Source of the DNA: Ketobacter sp.
Lineage (GTDB): Bacteria > Pseudomonadota > Gammaproteobacteria > Pseudomonadales > Ketobacteraceae
Direction: 5' to 3'
Length of the DNA stretch: 37,083 nucleotides
NCBI GenBank assembly: GCA_041626995.1
Contig: JBFKSL010000001.1
Location: forward strand, 1-37,083
How positions within the stretch are numbered: the first letter of the stretch is position 1; the number at the start of each line of letters is the position of its first letter. Positions 15,294-23,474 of the stretch are shown piece by piece. The notes under the pieces are model-generated. The model was not told the DNA's origin. It saw only the letters and a program-made list of their open reading frames with translations, and ran no database searches. A program made the position numbers and the translations under genes.

Positions 15294-15388
15294 GTATCCG
15301 GTGTGAAATTTAGTAGCTTTAATTTAGCTAAGAGAGTGAGCACAAATAGTAAGAAAGCCTAAGTAGGCAATCTAGATACGGATACAAA
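15291..15388 (+). ncRNA. Putative multibranch structured RNA 2
   Basis: Closing helix TTTGTATCCG/CGGATACAAA; inner hairpins TAGCT-n7-AGCTA and GCCT-AAGT-AGGC. Confidence 0.5.
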
Positions 15389-15492
15389 CCCTTTCACAAC
15401 CCCACATATTAAGCATTCGCTACTTACTGCAAAACAGCAAAAATTTAACTGGCTACACACAATGACGTTATAGACGCGGATAAACAGATTTT

Positions 15493-15601
15493 GTGCAGGG
15501 TGATGGTTTTGACCTATCCAACAAGGATGTGAATTAGGTTCCTGATTACTGTTGTGTGACTAATAGCTAAAGATGTAAAGCGGGTTAATCCATCCCTGCA
15601 C
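15493..15601 (+). ncRNA. Putative multibranch structured RNA 3
   Basis: Closing GTGCAGGG/CCCTGCAC, ATGG/CCAT and TTGACCT/GGGTTAA; inner ATCC/GGAT, ATTAG/CTGAT and CTGTTG/TAATAG hairpins. Confidence 0.55.
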
Positions 15602-15638
15602 TTACGTCTAGATGACCATATTAAATAAGGGGTATAAG

Positions 15639-15815
15639 ATGTACGTAGAAGACAAAAACAAAGCAAACCTTTGCATGGTAGTAAGCAGAGATGAGGACAC
15701 ATTTAAATTTGAAATGTACGACGATCTTACAGATGAGACCAGACCACTCACAATTGAGATAGGCAAGGCTGAGTTTATAGAACTTATCGCCGCAATGGTA
15801 AGCAAACTAAATTAA
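15639..15815 (+). CDS. Hypothetical protein
   Basis: AAGGGG SD before ATG 15639 (the track starts it at 15612). Confidence 0.65.
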   Translation: MYVEDKNKANLCMVVSRDEDTFKFEMYDDLTDETRPLTIEIGKAEFIELIAAMVSKLN

Positions 15816-15845
15816 CCAACAAACAAAACGTAAAGGAAATATAAA

Positions 15846-16130
15846 ATGAAAATACTAGAAGTCACAAGCAAGTATAGAATCTCGGTTATACCTCATAACT
15901 ACCAACTTCAAGAATTTATTGAAGGGGGTAAGATGGTTCGGAATGTAGCAACTGGCGAAATGGTAGAGCAAAAGTCAGAGTGGAAGAATCGCGATGTATA
16001 CTACGCGAATTTAAACGCAATGGTTAAACACATAGCTCGACTCGAATCAGACGAGAACGCAACAAATCTAAACGAATGGCTCGCTCATTTTGAGTCAATC
16101 ATAAACAAAGCAAAGGAGATACAACTATGA
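15846..16130 (+). CDS. Hypothetical phage protein, DUF5405-like
   Basis: KYRIS...NYQLQE...W....YY.NL..MV pattern; AAGGA SD. Confidence 0.6.
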   Translation: MKILEVTSKYRISVIPHNYQLQEFIEGGKMVRNVATGEMVEQKSEWKNRDVYYANLNAMVKHIARLESDENATNLNEWLAHFESIINKAKEIQL

Positions 16131-16453
16131 AGAAATTAATATCAGCACTAGCAGTATGTTTACTGGCGGCTTGCGGAATGACGCCGGAACAAGAGGCGGA
16201 ATATTACTCAAATCTAGATTCGGTGTGCGGATATGACGTTAAAGCCAAGGGCAAGATTGTCTTCGTCGGACAGACTGATAAATGCTTGCGGACATTGTTT
16301 GGTGACAGTCCGTCTCAGTGGAAATCAAACACAACAGTGGTTGAGGGAATGGTCAGAGAGCAGCGCATATATAACAGTATTTTGGTGTCGGCTTACAAAC
16401 TGCCAAAGTACATTTATCTAACCAACGGCAAGGTTACAGCGTACCAGTATTAA
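16127..16453 (+). CDS. Lipoprotein
   Basis: MKKLISALAVCLLAAC lipobox; AAGGAG SD. Confidence 0.8.
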   Translation: MKKLISALAVCLLAACGMTPEQEAEYYSNLDSVCGYDVKAKGKIVFVGQTDKCLRTLFGDSPSQWKSNTTVVEGMVREQRIYNSILVSAYKLPKYIYLTNGKVTAYQY

Positions 16454-16465
16454 GGAGATACAAGC

Positions 16466-16924
16466 ATGATAACAAAATTAGTAAGAATAGGCCGCGACGC
16501 AGAATTAAGAGTGCTACCCAACGGTACACAGGTTTTAAACTTTCCAGCGGTTTACGATGTAGGGTACGGAGATAATAAAAAGGGGCAGTGGATTGAGTGC
16601 GCCATGTTTGGCAAACGCGCTGAGTCGCTTGTTCAGCACTTTACCAAGGGTAAGCAAATTGTAATCTATGCTGATGATGTTCAGGTTGAAACGTACAACA
16701 AGAACGACGGCACACAAGGCGTAAAGCTAAAGTGTAAATTAATCGAGTTTGATTTTGCTGGCGGTCAACAACAAGCGCAACAACAAGCTGGTGGATTCCA
16801 ACAACAACAAGCACCACAGCAATTCCAACAGCAGCAGCCACAGGGAACGGCGGGTTATGGTACGAGTGGGCCAACGCCACCACAACAGCCGCCAATGGAA
16901 TTCGATGACGACATTTCTTGGTAA
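16466..16924 (+). CDS. ssb: Single-stranded DNA-binding protein
   Basis: RIGRDAELR, W..C.MFGKRAE.L...KG..I OB fold; Q/G/P-rich linker; acidic tail FDDDISW. Confidence 0.95.
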   Translation: MITKLVRIGRDAELRVLPNGTQVLNFPAVYDVGYGDNKKGQWIECAMFGKRAESLVQHFTKGKQIVIYADDVQVETYNKNDGTQGVKLKCKLIEFDFAGGQQQAQQQAGGFQQQQAPQQFQQQQPQGTAGYGTSGPTPPQQPPMEFDDDISW

Positions 16925-16972
16925 CATTGAGCAAACGGGCAACTTGTTGTCCTGTTCTGCGATGTGTTATAG
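16919..16972 (-). mobile_element. attC-like recombination site 2 (54 bp)
   Basis: Minus strand CTATAAC-ACATC-GCAGAACA-GGACAACAAGTTGCCC-GTTTGC-TCAAT-GTTACCA; two extrahelical bases on the same arm as in site 1; the ssb stop TAA lies within the core. Confidence 0.65.
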
Positions 16973-16982
16973 ATACCCACCA

Positions 16983-17006
16983 AGGCCGCATAACAGCGGC
17001 TTTTTT
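16983..17006 (+). terminator. Rho-independent terminator
   Basis: AGGCCGC-ATAACA-GCGGCTT followed by a T tract. Confidence 0.85.
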
Positions 17007-17021
17007 ATTGCATACAATTTA

Positions 17022-17030
17022 TGCTAAAAT
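17022..17030 (+). promoter_or_regulatory. Extended -10 promoter (probably late)
   Basis: TGCTAAAAT just after the terminator; the same layout occurs at 20549 (TGTTAAAAT), with a related TGATATAAT at 25515. Confidence 0.5.
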
Positions 17031-17060
17031 AAAACCGTGGAAACAGCATGAGTTACAACT

Positions 17061-17297
17061 ATGGTTCGCCAAGTTAAGGGTTACAAGCCCAAATACAACC
17101 TAAAAGATATTATCTCGTTTAAACTAAGCGCATCCCACGATGCCCCCAAAGGCACGGTGTTCGACTTGGAACACGACGATGCTACATATACAGCACACCC
17201 ACACGACCGGCCTAGAGACAAGCGCGGGGCGAGATGGGTAGATAGCGCATTTAAACAAAAGAAAGTCGGGCGAGTCAGAGTATATGCCCAAACGTAA
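17061..17297 (+). CDS. Hypothetical basic protein
   Basis: 78 aa; first ORF after the promoter. Confidence 0.6.
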   Translation: MVRQVKGYKPKYNLKDIISFKLSASHDAPKGTVFDLEHDDATYTAHPHDRPRDKRGARWVDSAFKQKKVGRVRVYAQT

Positions 17298-17481
17298 ATT
17301 TATCTTTTGCAGACTATGCAAAGACGACCCAATCAGCCACTTTGCGACATACTACTATGAAATTAAAAACGGATTCTTCGATCCGCCAAGAAAAGAGCCA
17401 GTTTGTGAAAAGTATCTCAAAGATAACAATATACGCACTAGTCATCCTCGCGTTAGTCGCATCAACGAAGGCGGGAGCTAA
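17284..17481 (+). CDS. Hypothetical protein with CxxC
   Basis: 65 aa; overlaps the upstream gene and the beta-barrel gene start. Confidence 0.45.
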   Translation: MPKRKFIFCRLCKDDPISHFATYYYEIKNGFFDPPRKEPVCEKYLKDNNIRTSHPRVSRINEGGS

Positions 17482-17848
17482 TGGTACAGTGGATATACAA
17501 GTGGGTGAGACTGATAAAAGAGTCGCCGCACAAGTTCGAATTACTCGCGGCTTCTTTGCCTTGGCTGACGTTGATACTAATATTTATATGGGCCTTGGTT
17601 ACGGGTGGCAGTACAACGCCGGGGAAATCATACTCGGTTATACTGAACGAAACGAAGTACAACTTGGGGCCACTTACAGACACCCAAAAACCGAATGGTC
17701 AGTTGACGGTAAGTTAATAGACGACCTAGACGAGTCTAGCCCACGCTTTGATTTTGGTTTGAGCTACCATCTAGGAGCTGGCAAGGCGGCTGTCAGACTG
17801 GCTTACGAGCAGAATAAATGGTGGATAGGCATAAGGCGCACGCTATGA
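17405..17848 (+). CDS. Putative outer-membrane beta-barrel protein
   Basis: Signal peptide (M)KSISKITIYALVILALVASTKAGA, then amphipathic strands (YMGLGYGW, VQLGATYRH, FDFGLSYHL, VRLAYE, WWIGIRRTL); start uncertain (17357 or 17405). Confidence 0.65.
   Translation: MKSISKITIYALVILALVASTKAGANGTVDIQVGETDKRVAAQVRITRGFFALADVDTNIYMGLGYGWQYNAGEIILGYTERNEVQLGATYRHPKTEWSVDGKLIDDLDESSPRFDFGLSYHLGAGKAAVRLAYEQNKWWIGIRRTL
17481..17717 (+). CDS. Possible nested single-TM protein inside the beta-barrel gene
   Basis: GGGAG SD and TAATG coupling to 17284-17481; TM segment LLAASLPWLTLILIFIWALVTGG. Confidence 0.4.
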   Translation: MVQWIYKWVRLIKESPHKFELLAASLPWLTLILIFIWALVTGGSTTPGKSYSVILNETKYNLGPLTDTQKPNGQLTVS

Positions 17849-18144
17849 GCGAAGATATAGGCTTTTCGGCTGTGGATGAATTCGACAAGGAATCGGAGCC
17901 TATGGCTCATGCTAGCAAAGGGAACTTGCCCCGAAAGGGCAGGATGAAAGTCGATAACTTACTAGGCCAATATAATGAAGCTATAAGCATCTTTGACGAT
18001 AGAGTAATAAAAGCCGATAATCTAATAGCTGAGTCCAATACAGACGAGCAAAAGCAATATTGGGGCGATATAAAAGACAAGGCTATCAAGGCTAAGTCAA
18101 ACGCCCTAGAAGCACTGAGAAATTTTTATAAACACATAGGATAA
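17845..18144 (+). CDS. Hypothetical protein
   Basis: ATGA overlap at 17845; helical C-terminus. Confidence 0.7.
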   Translation: MSEDIGFSAVDEFDKESEPMAHASKGNLPRKGRMKVDNLLGQYNEAISIFDDRVIKADNLIAESNTDEQKQYWGDIKDKAIKAKSNALEALRNFYKHIG

Positions 18145-18149
18145 AAAGC

Positions 18150-18623
18150 ATGAGTTTAGACATAGAAAAGCTATTTTTACGAATAGCGCAAACAACACCA
18201 ATTAACGAAAACGCTTGCGGCGTTAATTTTTGGATCTTAACGCTCGACGATGAACTGCAAGATGAATTGTTTGAAGAGAATGATTACTTGTCGTTCCTGG
18301 AGAAAGCAGCAGACCTTGGTTTTGCAATCAAGTCTAAGACTGATGACACAGTGACACGAGCCAAAGACTTTGCAGGAATGACTGACGAGAAGATGGTCAA
18401 ATTCTGGCAATCAAAAGAGATTACAGAGCTAAGCGAAGAACCTACATTTAAACAAATGGTAGGTTTATCGGTAGCTCGCAACTCTGGCTTAGACGAGCAA
18501 GTGGAAGCTTTGCAGCTAGAGTATGAGGAAGCTCTAGAAGCACAAGAAGCGCTAGACGGTGCGATTGAAATTGACCAAAACGCACTAGCACAGGATACTG
18601 CAGCATATCAGCAGCAAGTATAA
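18150..18623 (+). CDS. Hypothetical acidic protein
   Basis: 157 aa; AGGA SD. Confidence 0.75.
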   Translation: MSLDIEKLFLRIAQTTPINENACGVNFWILTLDDELQDELFEENDYLSFLEKAADLGFAIKSKTDDTVTRAKDFAGMTDEKMVKFWQSKEITELSEEPTFKQMVGLSVARNSGLDEQVEALQLEYEEALEAQEALDGAIEIDQNALAQDTAAYQQQV

Positions 18624-18625
18624 TA

Positions 18626-18904
18626 GTGTTGGGGGTGATATTCCCTATATTGCCCCTTCCTCGCTTCTCAAAATATAACAAGTGGTTTTACCGCTGGTAC
18701 TTATTATCGCCACGGTGGAAAAGCAAACGAAAACAACGGTATAATTTAGACGGTGGCATTTGCCAATGTTGTTTTAAGCCAGTGGCTATAAACGAGTTCG
18801 AGTGCCACCATGTAAGTTATAAACGTCTCGGCAACGAATCCATGAAGGATTTACGCACGATGCACAAACAATGTCACAGACAAACCCACGGGAAGAAGAC
18901 ATGA
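18626..18904 (+). CDS. HNH endonuclease
   Basis: YLLSPRWK.KR, CQCC, ECHHVSYKRLGNE...DL...H..CH...H. Confidence 0.8.
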   Translation: MLGVIFPILPLPRFSKYNKWFYRWYLLSPRWKSKRKQRYNLDGGICQCCFKPVAINEFECHHVSYKRLGNESMKDLRTMHKQCHRQTHGKKT

Positions 18905-19326
18905 GCAAACCTATTAAAGTGATCCAAATGGTTCCAGACGACCATTTTACAGATAACTACGGCGGGGAATTCCCTAATGCCGTTGTTGTGCTAAACCACG
19001 TTGTTATTGATAGTCGCAACGAGCTATCCGCAGACTACGGCAACTTTATTTATGACGATTCCGAGTCAACCATCAGCGGCATGGCGTATAGCTGTAACTT
19101 TTGGGTAGATCGCAAGTTTATGCCAAACGTAGACAAAGCAAACCCTAACCCTATGGAGAAACGTTCACGTCCATTACTTACAACTGACTACAACGCGGTT
19201 TTTGTTGTGGATATGAGCAAGTATAGCGATGTTTACGATAACCATCCTGGTGACTTTACAGACGCGGCATTAGCGGTCTGTGAGCGCCACTTCCGCAACG
19301 AAGTCTTACCAAGCTTGCGGGTGTAG
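18901..19326 (+). CDS. Hypothetical protein
   Basis: ATGA overlap with the HNH stop. Confidence 0.7.
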   Translation: MSKPIKVIQMVPDDHFTDNYGGEFPNAVVVLNHVVIDSRNELSADYGNFIYDDSESTISGMAYSCNFWVDRKFMPNVDKANPNPMEKRSRPLLTTDYNAVFVVDMSKYSDVYDNHPGDFTDAALAVCERHFRNEVLPSLRV

Positions 19327-19327
19327 C

Positions 19328-19780
19328 ATGGGCCCACTAAGCAGCGTTAAGTTAATTGTTGTGCATTGTGCGGATACCAAGTCCGACATGGATGTGACAA
19401 AAGAAGATCTTTATGCGTGGCACGTTGTCAGGAATGGATGGTCAGATATAGGCTATCATTACTTTATAAAGTTTGATGGCTCTATACACGAATGCAGACC
19501 AACTAAATATGCTGGTGCCCATTGCAAAAAGGTCAACGATATTAGCTTGGCTATCTGCTTAGAGGGTGGATACAACGGGGAGGACAACTTCACTCAGGCG
19601 CAGTTAGACTCCCTGTTCTCACTTATTACAAACATAAAATCCACGTACCCAAACGCGGCAGTAATAGGACATAACACCATAGACAATAAAGCCTGTCCTA
19701 GTTTTAATGTCGTGGAATGGTACGAGTTCAAAATAGAAAGCAGCGGTGCAATCACCGCCATAGGTGGACAGTATGATTGA
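19328..19780 (+). CDS. Endolysin, N-acetylmuramoyl-L-alanine amidase (T7 lysozyme-like)
   Basis: IVVHCADT, WH..RNGWSDIGYHYFI, GAHC, ICLEGG, IGH..I.NKACPSF. Confidence 0.95.
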   Translation: MGPLSSVKLIVVHCADTKSDMDVTKEDLYAWHVVRNGWSDIGYHYFIKFDGSIHECRPTKYAGAHCKKVNDISLAICLEGGYNGEDNFTQAQLDSLFSLITNIKSTYPNAAVIGHNTIDNKACPSFNVVEWYEFKIESSGAITAIGGQYD

Positions 19781-20126
19781 ACCCACAGAAGACGAAAGAA
19801 AAGAAGCTGTAAGGTTGGCAGCAATGCCAAAACCTGACGCACAACTAATCGAGTTGCTCATTGATGCGTTGGAAGCAGCAAATGACATTAGGTTTAGTTC
19901 AGTGGAAATAATAGAGTTGCTGAAGGAGGTGCGTGACGATAAACGCGAGTTTCGTCACGACTGGAAAGCGGAAAAGCGAGTGGGCAAATACATCGGGATG
20001 TTTATGGCCGCCACATCTGCGGCCAGTGTGTGGATTATGATTATCGGAATTATGTACCTACCAGAAGAAACTCGAAAACTGTTTAGAACGATACTAGACT
20101 TCTTTGGTATCAGTTTGGGGGTGTGA
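19773..20126 (+). CDS. Membrane protein in the lysis block (holin/antiholin candidate)
   Basis: Soluble N-terminus plus TM segment IGMFMAATSAASVWIIIIG-like stretch; GGTGG SD. Confidence 0.55.
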   Translation: MIEPTEDERKEAVRLAAMPKPDAQLIELLIDALEAANDIRFSSVEIIELLKEVRDDKREFRHDWKAEKRVGKYIGMFMAATSAASVWIMIIGIMYLPEETRKLFRTILDFFGISLGV

Positions 20127-20127
20127 C

Positions 20128-20484
20128 ATGGGTGTATGGTCAAAGCTATTCGGTAGCGGTGATACAATCAACAAGGGAATGGACTTAATAGACGAGGCTT
20201 TTCACACAGAACAGGAGAAGACCGAACAGAAGGTTAAACTCTTACAAGCTTACGAAGCATTCAAAGTTGCACAAAGGCTGTTTATGTTGTCGGTTGTTAT
20301 GCCTTACATGTTTTTATGGTCTATAATTGGTATCGCGACATTTGTAATCGATTGCATGAATGCAGACTTTACGGCATCAAGGGCTTATCTAGTTGAGGGC
20401 CAGGTTATATATCTAGTGATGTTAATGGCTGGGTTTTACTTTGGTGATACACTTGCAGGCAAATTCATAAACAGGTTAAAATAA
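20128..20484 (+). CDS. Putative holin (GTA 3TM-holin-like)
   Basis: N-terminal KLFG...MDLIDE.F.T.QEK, two TM helices, C-terminal GFYFG motif. Confidence 0.7.
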   Translation: MGVWSKLFGSGDTINKGMDLIDEAFHTEQEKTEQKVKLLQAYEAFKVAQRLFMLSVVMPYMFLWSIIGIATFVIDCMNADFTASRAYLVEGQVIYLVMLMAGFYFGDTLAGKFINRLK

Positions 20485-20513
20485 CAAAAAGACACACTCC
20501 TCTGTAATTTTTT

Positions 20514-20541
20514 GGCCCACTGTTAAAGGTGGGCTTTTTTT
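20514..20541 (+). terminator. Rho-independent terminator
   Basis: GGCCCACT-GTTAAA-GGTGGGCT followed by a T tract. Confidence 0.88.
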
Positions 20542-20586
20542 ATACATGTGTTAAAATAACTCTATACAAACAATGGTTATTTAGCG

Positions 20587-20895
20587 ATGAATCACCCAGT
20601 CATACGGAAAATATCTAAGTATCAATTTGAGCTGGTCGAACCATTCACAGCTGACGGCATAACGGTTCCGGCAGGATTCAAAACCGATGGCGCAAGCGTC
20701 CCTCGTATATTCTGGACCTTCTTTAATCCATGCGGTGAGCTGTTTGAAGCCGCTGTCATTCACGATTATCAATACAGATTTAAAATCGGCAACAAAAAAG
20801 AAGCTGACAAGCGATTTCACAAAATAGCTAAAATGTACGGAGCCAAGCGTTCTATATTTGCGTATTGGGGTGTTAAACTCGGCGGCAACTGGTAA
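20587..20895 (+). CDS. DUF1353-family protein
   Basis: ITVPAGFKTDGASVPRIFW, AAVIHDY.Y, KEADKRF, Y.GVKLGG. Confidence 0.9.
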   Translation: MNHPVIRKISKYQFELVEPFTADGITVPAGFKTDGASVPRIFWTFFNPCGELFEAAVIHDYQYRFKIGNKKEADKRFHKIAKMYGAKRSIFAYWGVKLGGNW

Positions 20896-20904
20896 ACAAC
20901 AGGA

Positions 20905-21624
20905 TTGAAAATGAAACAACTACACGAATTTGCAACACTACAAGATGCCAAGGAGTACGAATTTAAAGGCTCCCGCTTTATCTCTAAAAGTACAATGTCC
21001 CTGTACCTAAAATCAGTTAACCTTTACTTGTATATCATCGAAGTGTCACAGGGTAAACACGACGGAATAGAGATACACAAAGCGAAAGAAACCTGCTTGA
21101 TGATTGTTAATTCATTGAACAGTGGTAACGCCGACGGCAAAGACTTTAACTTTATTCAAGGTCACCAATCAGGATTTGGTGATGCAAACATTGCCGAAAT
21201 TGACAATATGATAGCTAACACGATGCCAGAAAAGGCCGCTGAACTAACACAGTTAAAAGCCATTTGTATCAATCACTGTAACCCAGTGTCAAAGCCTTAC
21301 AAAAATGCAACGCAAACAGAGATTGACACGGCTAAGGCTCAAGCGGAATTAAAAGCAAACATGGACGCGGGTTTGTATAGCTTTAAAACAGTCAGTGATT
21401 GGGGTGGGCAAGACTTGGTGATTGATGTTCCTACCGAATTGCCTATACCCATGCCGTTCACAGTATGGATAACAGAGACGGGATTCAAACAGGAGAATGC
21501 AGGGCGATCTAGGACAATCAAAGAGGCTGGCAAGTACAAAATAGACATGAGTGGAATTAGAAAGCGCGGAGAAGTAGAGGTCAGAGTTCCATATCTAAAC
21601 GCAGAATACACAGCGAGTATTTAG
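20905..21624 (+). CDS. Hypothetical (probably virion-associated) protein
   Basis: 239 aa; AGGA SD; start at 20905 or 20911. Confidence 0.7.
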   Translation: MKMKQLHEFATLQDAKEYEFKGSRFISKSTMSLYLKSVNLYLYIIEVSQGKHDGIEIHKAKETCLMIVNSLNSGNADGKDFNFIQGHQSGFGDANIAEIDNMIANTMPEKAAELTQLKAICINHCNPVSKPYKNATQTEIDTAKAQAELKANMDAGLYSFKTVSDWGGQDLVIDVPTELPIPMPFTVWITETGFKQENAGRSRTIKEAGKYKIDMSGIRKRGEVEVRVPYLNAEYTASI

Positions 21625-21625
21625 C

Positions 21626-22267
21626 ATGGCATGGGCACTGAAATTTGACGGTGTTGACGACTTTGCGGCATTTGCCAAAGTTTCAAAGGTTGGGGATTTT
21701 AAAATAGAGGCGTTGGGCGTTGAGTTTTTATCAACTCCAACAGGATCGGACTTTGAGACCATTATGGGCTCTGACAACTTTACGGACTTTCTTGCATACA
21801 GGGCCAGTTCGAACGGGTGGTATTGGCGCAATAATAATGTTAACACTGTGTTCCCCAATACAACCGTACCGCTCCCCGTCGGTCAGTTTGACTTAACGTT
21901 AGAGCGAATCGGAAGTACCGCAACACTAACAGTTAACGGCTCGTCTGATTCCGCATCATCGAATGGCGCAAATCCATTTAGGGTAGCAGCAATAGGAATG
22001 ATCAATAGCAGTTCACCCTCAGCTGCGCATGGCGGAAACATAAGGATTCAACAACTAAAATTTTATGACACAACACTATCCCTACATCTTGATGCTGACT
22101 CATCTAGTCACGACCCGGGAACACCAGTACTGAGCGACATAGTAGGTACGAATCATGCTACAGGGTCGAACATGCCAACCGATGGCAGCGCTTGGGAAGA
22201 ACTAGGCGGAGGTCCAGCAACCGTAATACCCGTTATAATGAATTCATATAAACAAAGAAGGCTTTAA
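21626..22267 (+). CDS. ConA/LamG-like beta-sandwich protein
   Basis: ALKFDGVDD N-terminal motif, R.G.T.TLTVNG, beta-rich composition. Confidence 0.65.
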   Translation: MAWALKFDGVDDFAAFAKVSKVGDFKIEALGVEFLSTPTGSDFETIMGSDNFTDFLAYRASSNGWYWRNNNVNTVFPNTTVPLPVGQFDLTLERIGSTATLTVNGSSDSASSNGANPFRVAAIGMINSSSPSAAHGGNIRIQQLKFYDTTLSLHLDADSSSHDPGTPVLSDIVGTNHATGSNMPTDGSAWEELGGGPATVIPVIMNSYKQRRL

Positions 22268-22268
22268 A

Positions 22269-23474
22269 ATGTTTCTAAGAAATTCAACAAGTCAAGTTAT
22301 CAAGTTTGGGCCTTTCTTAGACTCAACGGATGGAGTAACAGCAGAGACGGCACTAACGATAACTCAGGCTGATATGCAACTATCTAAAGACGGTGCGGCA
22401 TTCGCGCAAAAAGCAGCGGCAGGAAATGCCACGCACGACACAGATGGTTGGTATTCAACAACGCTTGATGCAACTGATACAGCTACAAACGGCGAGTTAA
22501 TAATACAAGTTAATGTAGCAGGTGCGCTGCCAGTTTGGGTCAAATACTATGTAGTCCCTGCAAGTACATATGATGCACTAACTACCAATGGTCTAAATAA
22601 CGTGGCGGCAACCGACATTGTAAGCGCGGGTGCTATAACTACATCAAGCGGTGCGGTGTCCACTGTAACAAGCGTCACTAATGATGTAGGTGTCACTCAG
22701 GCGGCGGCGGATAAGGCGTGGAATACAGCTACGCGCACAATCACCAGTCTACCAAGTGCGCCAGCCAATTGGTTAACAGCAAGCGCAATAGCGACAAGTG
22801 CATTAAACGGCAAAGGCAATTGGAATATTGGCAAGACAGGCTACAGCCTAACACAGTCATTCCCTACCAACTTTGCAGACATGGCCATTACAGCAACGAC
22901 AGGTCAAGTTACAGTAGGCACCAATAACGATAAAACAGGTTATTCAATCAGCGGCACCAAAACAACACTTGACGCACTGAATGACATAGCAGCAACAAGC
23001 ATAGTTAGTGGTGGTGCAATCAATACAACGGCGGGTGCAATAGATAACGTAACGCTAGTTGCAACCACTACAGCTAATACCGACATGAGAGGTACTGACA
23101 GCGCATTACTAGCAAGTTCAGCTCCTGCCAACTTCTCAGACATGTCAATCTCAGCCACAACCGGACTTGTTGATATAACCCAAGCGGCAGCAGATAAGGC
23201 ATGGTCAACGGCCAGCAGGGTATTAACAGCGGGTACAAATCTGAACGACATTAGTGTAAATGATATACTCACAACGCAAATGACAGAGAGTTACGCAGCA
23301 GACGGAGTGGCACCAACACTTGCACAGGCTATATTCGTTACTATGCAAAACCTGCAAGACTTTAGTTTTAGCGGCACCACACAAACAGTTAAGAAATTGG
23401 ATGGTACAACAACGGCAGCCACCTACACGCTAGACGATGCGACAGCTCCAACAAGTAAAACAAGGACCACATAA
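22269..23474 (+). CDS. Thr/Ala-rich fibre-like virion protein with internal duplications
   Basis: N-terminal GPFLDSTDG..AET.LTI...LSKDG.AF BppU-like domain; duplicated blocks TQAAADKAW, NF.DM.I.ATTG.V, AAT.IVS.GAI.T, KTGYS. Confidence 0.7.
   Translation: MFLRNSTSQVIKFGPFLDSTDGVTAETALTITQADMQLSKDGAAFAQKAAAGNATHDTDGWYSTTLDATDTATNGELIIQVNVAGALPVWVKYYVVPASTYDALTTNGLNNVAATDIVSAGAITTSSGAVSTVTSVTNDVGVTQAAADKAWNTATRTITSLPSAPANWLTASAIATSALNGKGNWNIGKTGYSLTQSFPTNFADMAITATTGQVTVGTNNDKTGYSISGTKTTLDALNDIAATSIVSGGAINTTAGAIDNVTLVATTTANTDMRGTDSALLASSAPANFSDMSISATTGLVDITQAAADKAWSTASRVLTAGTNLNDISVNDILTTQMTESYAADGVAPTLAQAIFVTMQNLQDFSFSGTTQTVKKLDGTTTAATYTLDDATAPTSKTRTT

Noticed and set aside
15291-15601. tRNA genes
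   Set aside because: The folds are multibranched, but I found no GTTCRA T-loop, D-loop consensus or 7-nt anticodon loop with correct spacing.
16766-16842. CAA/CAG runs as a microsatellite or contingency locus
   Set aside because: This is the ordinary Gln-rich disordered linker of SSB.
16641-17103. ORFs 16641-16991, 16739-16942, 16749-17027 and 16918-17103
   Set aside because: They are shadows of the CAA/CAG-rich ssb linker, or they cross the attC-like site, terminator and promoter.
22269-23474. Diversity-generating retroelement TR/VR pair in the duplicated blocks
   Set aside because: The duplications are in-frame protein-level repeats without an adenine-specific mismatch pattern, and there is no reverse transcriptase.
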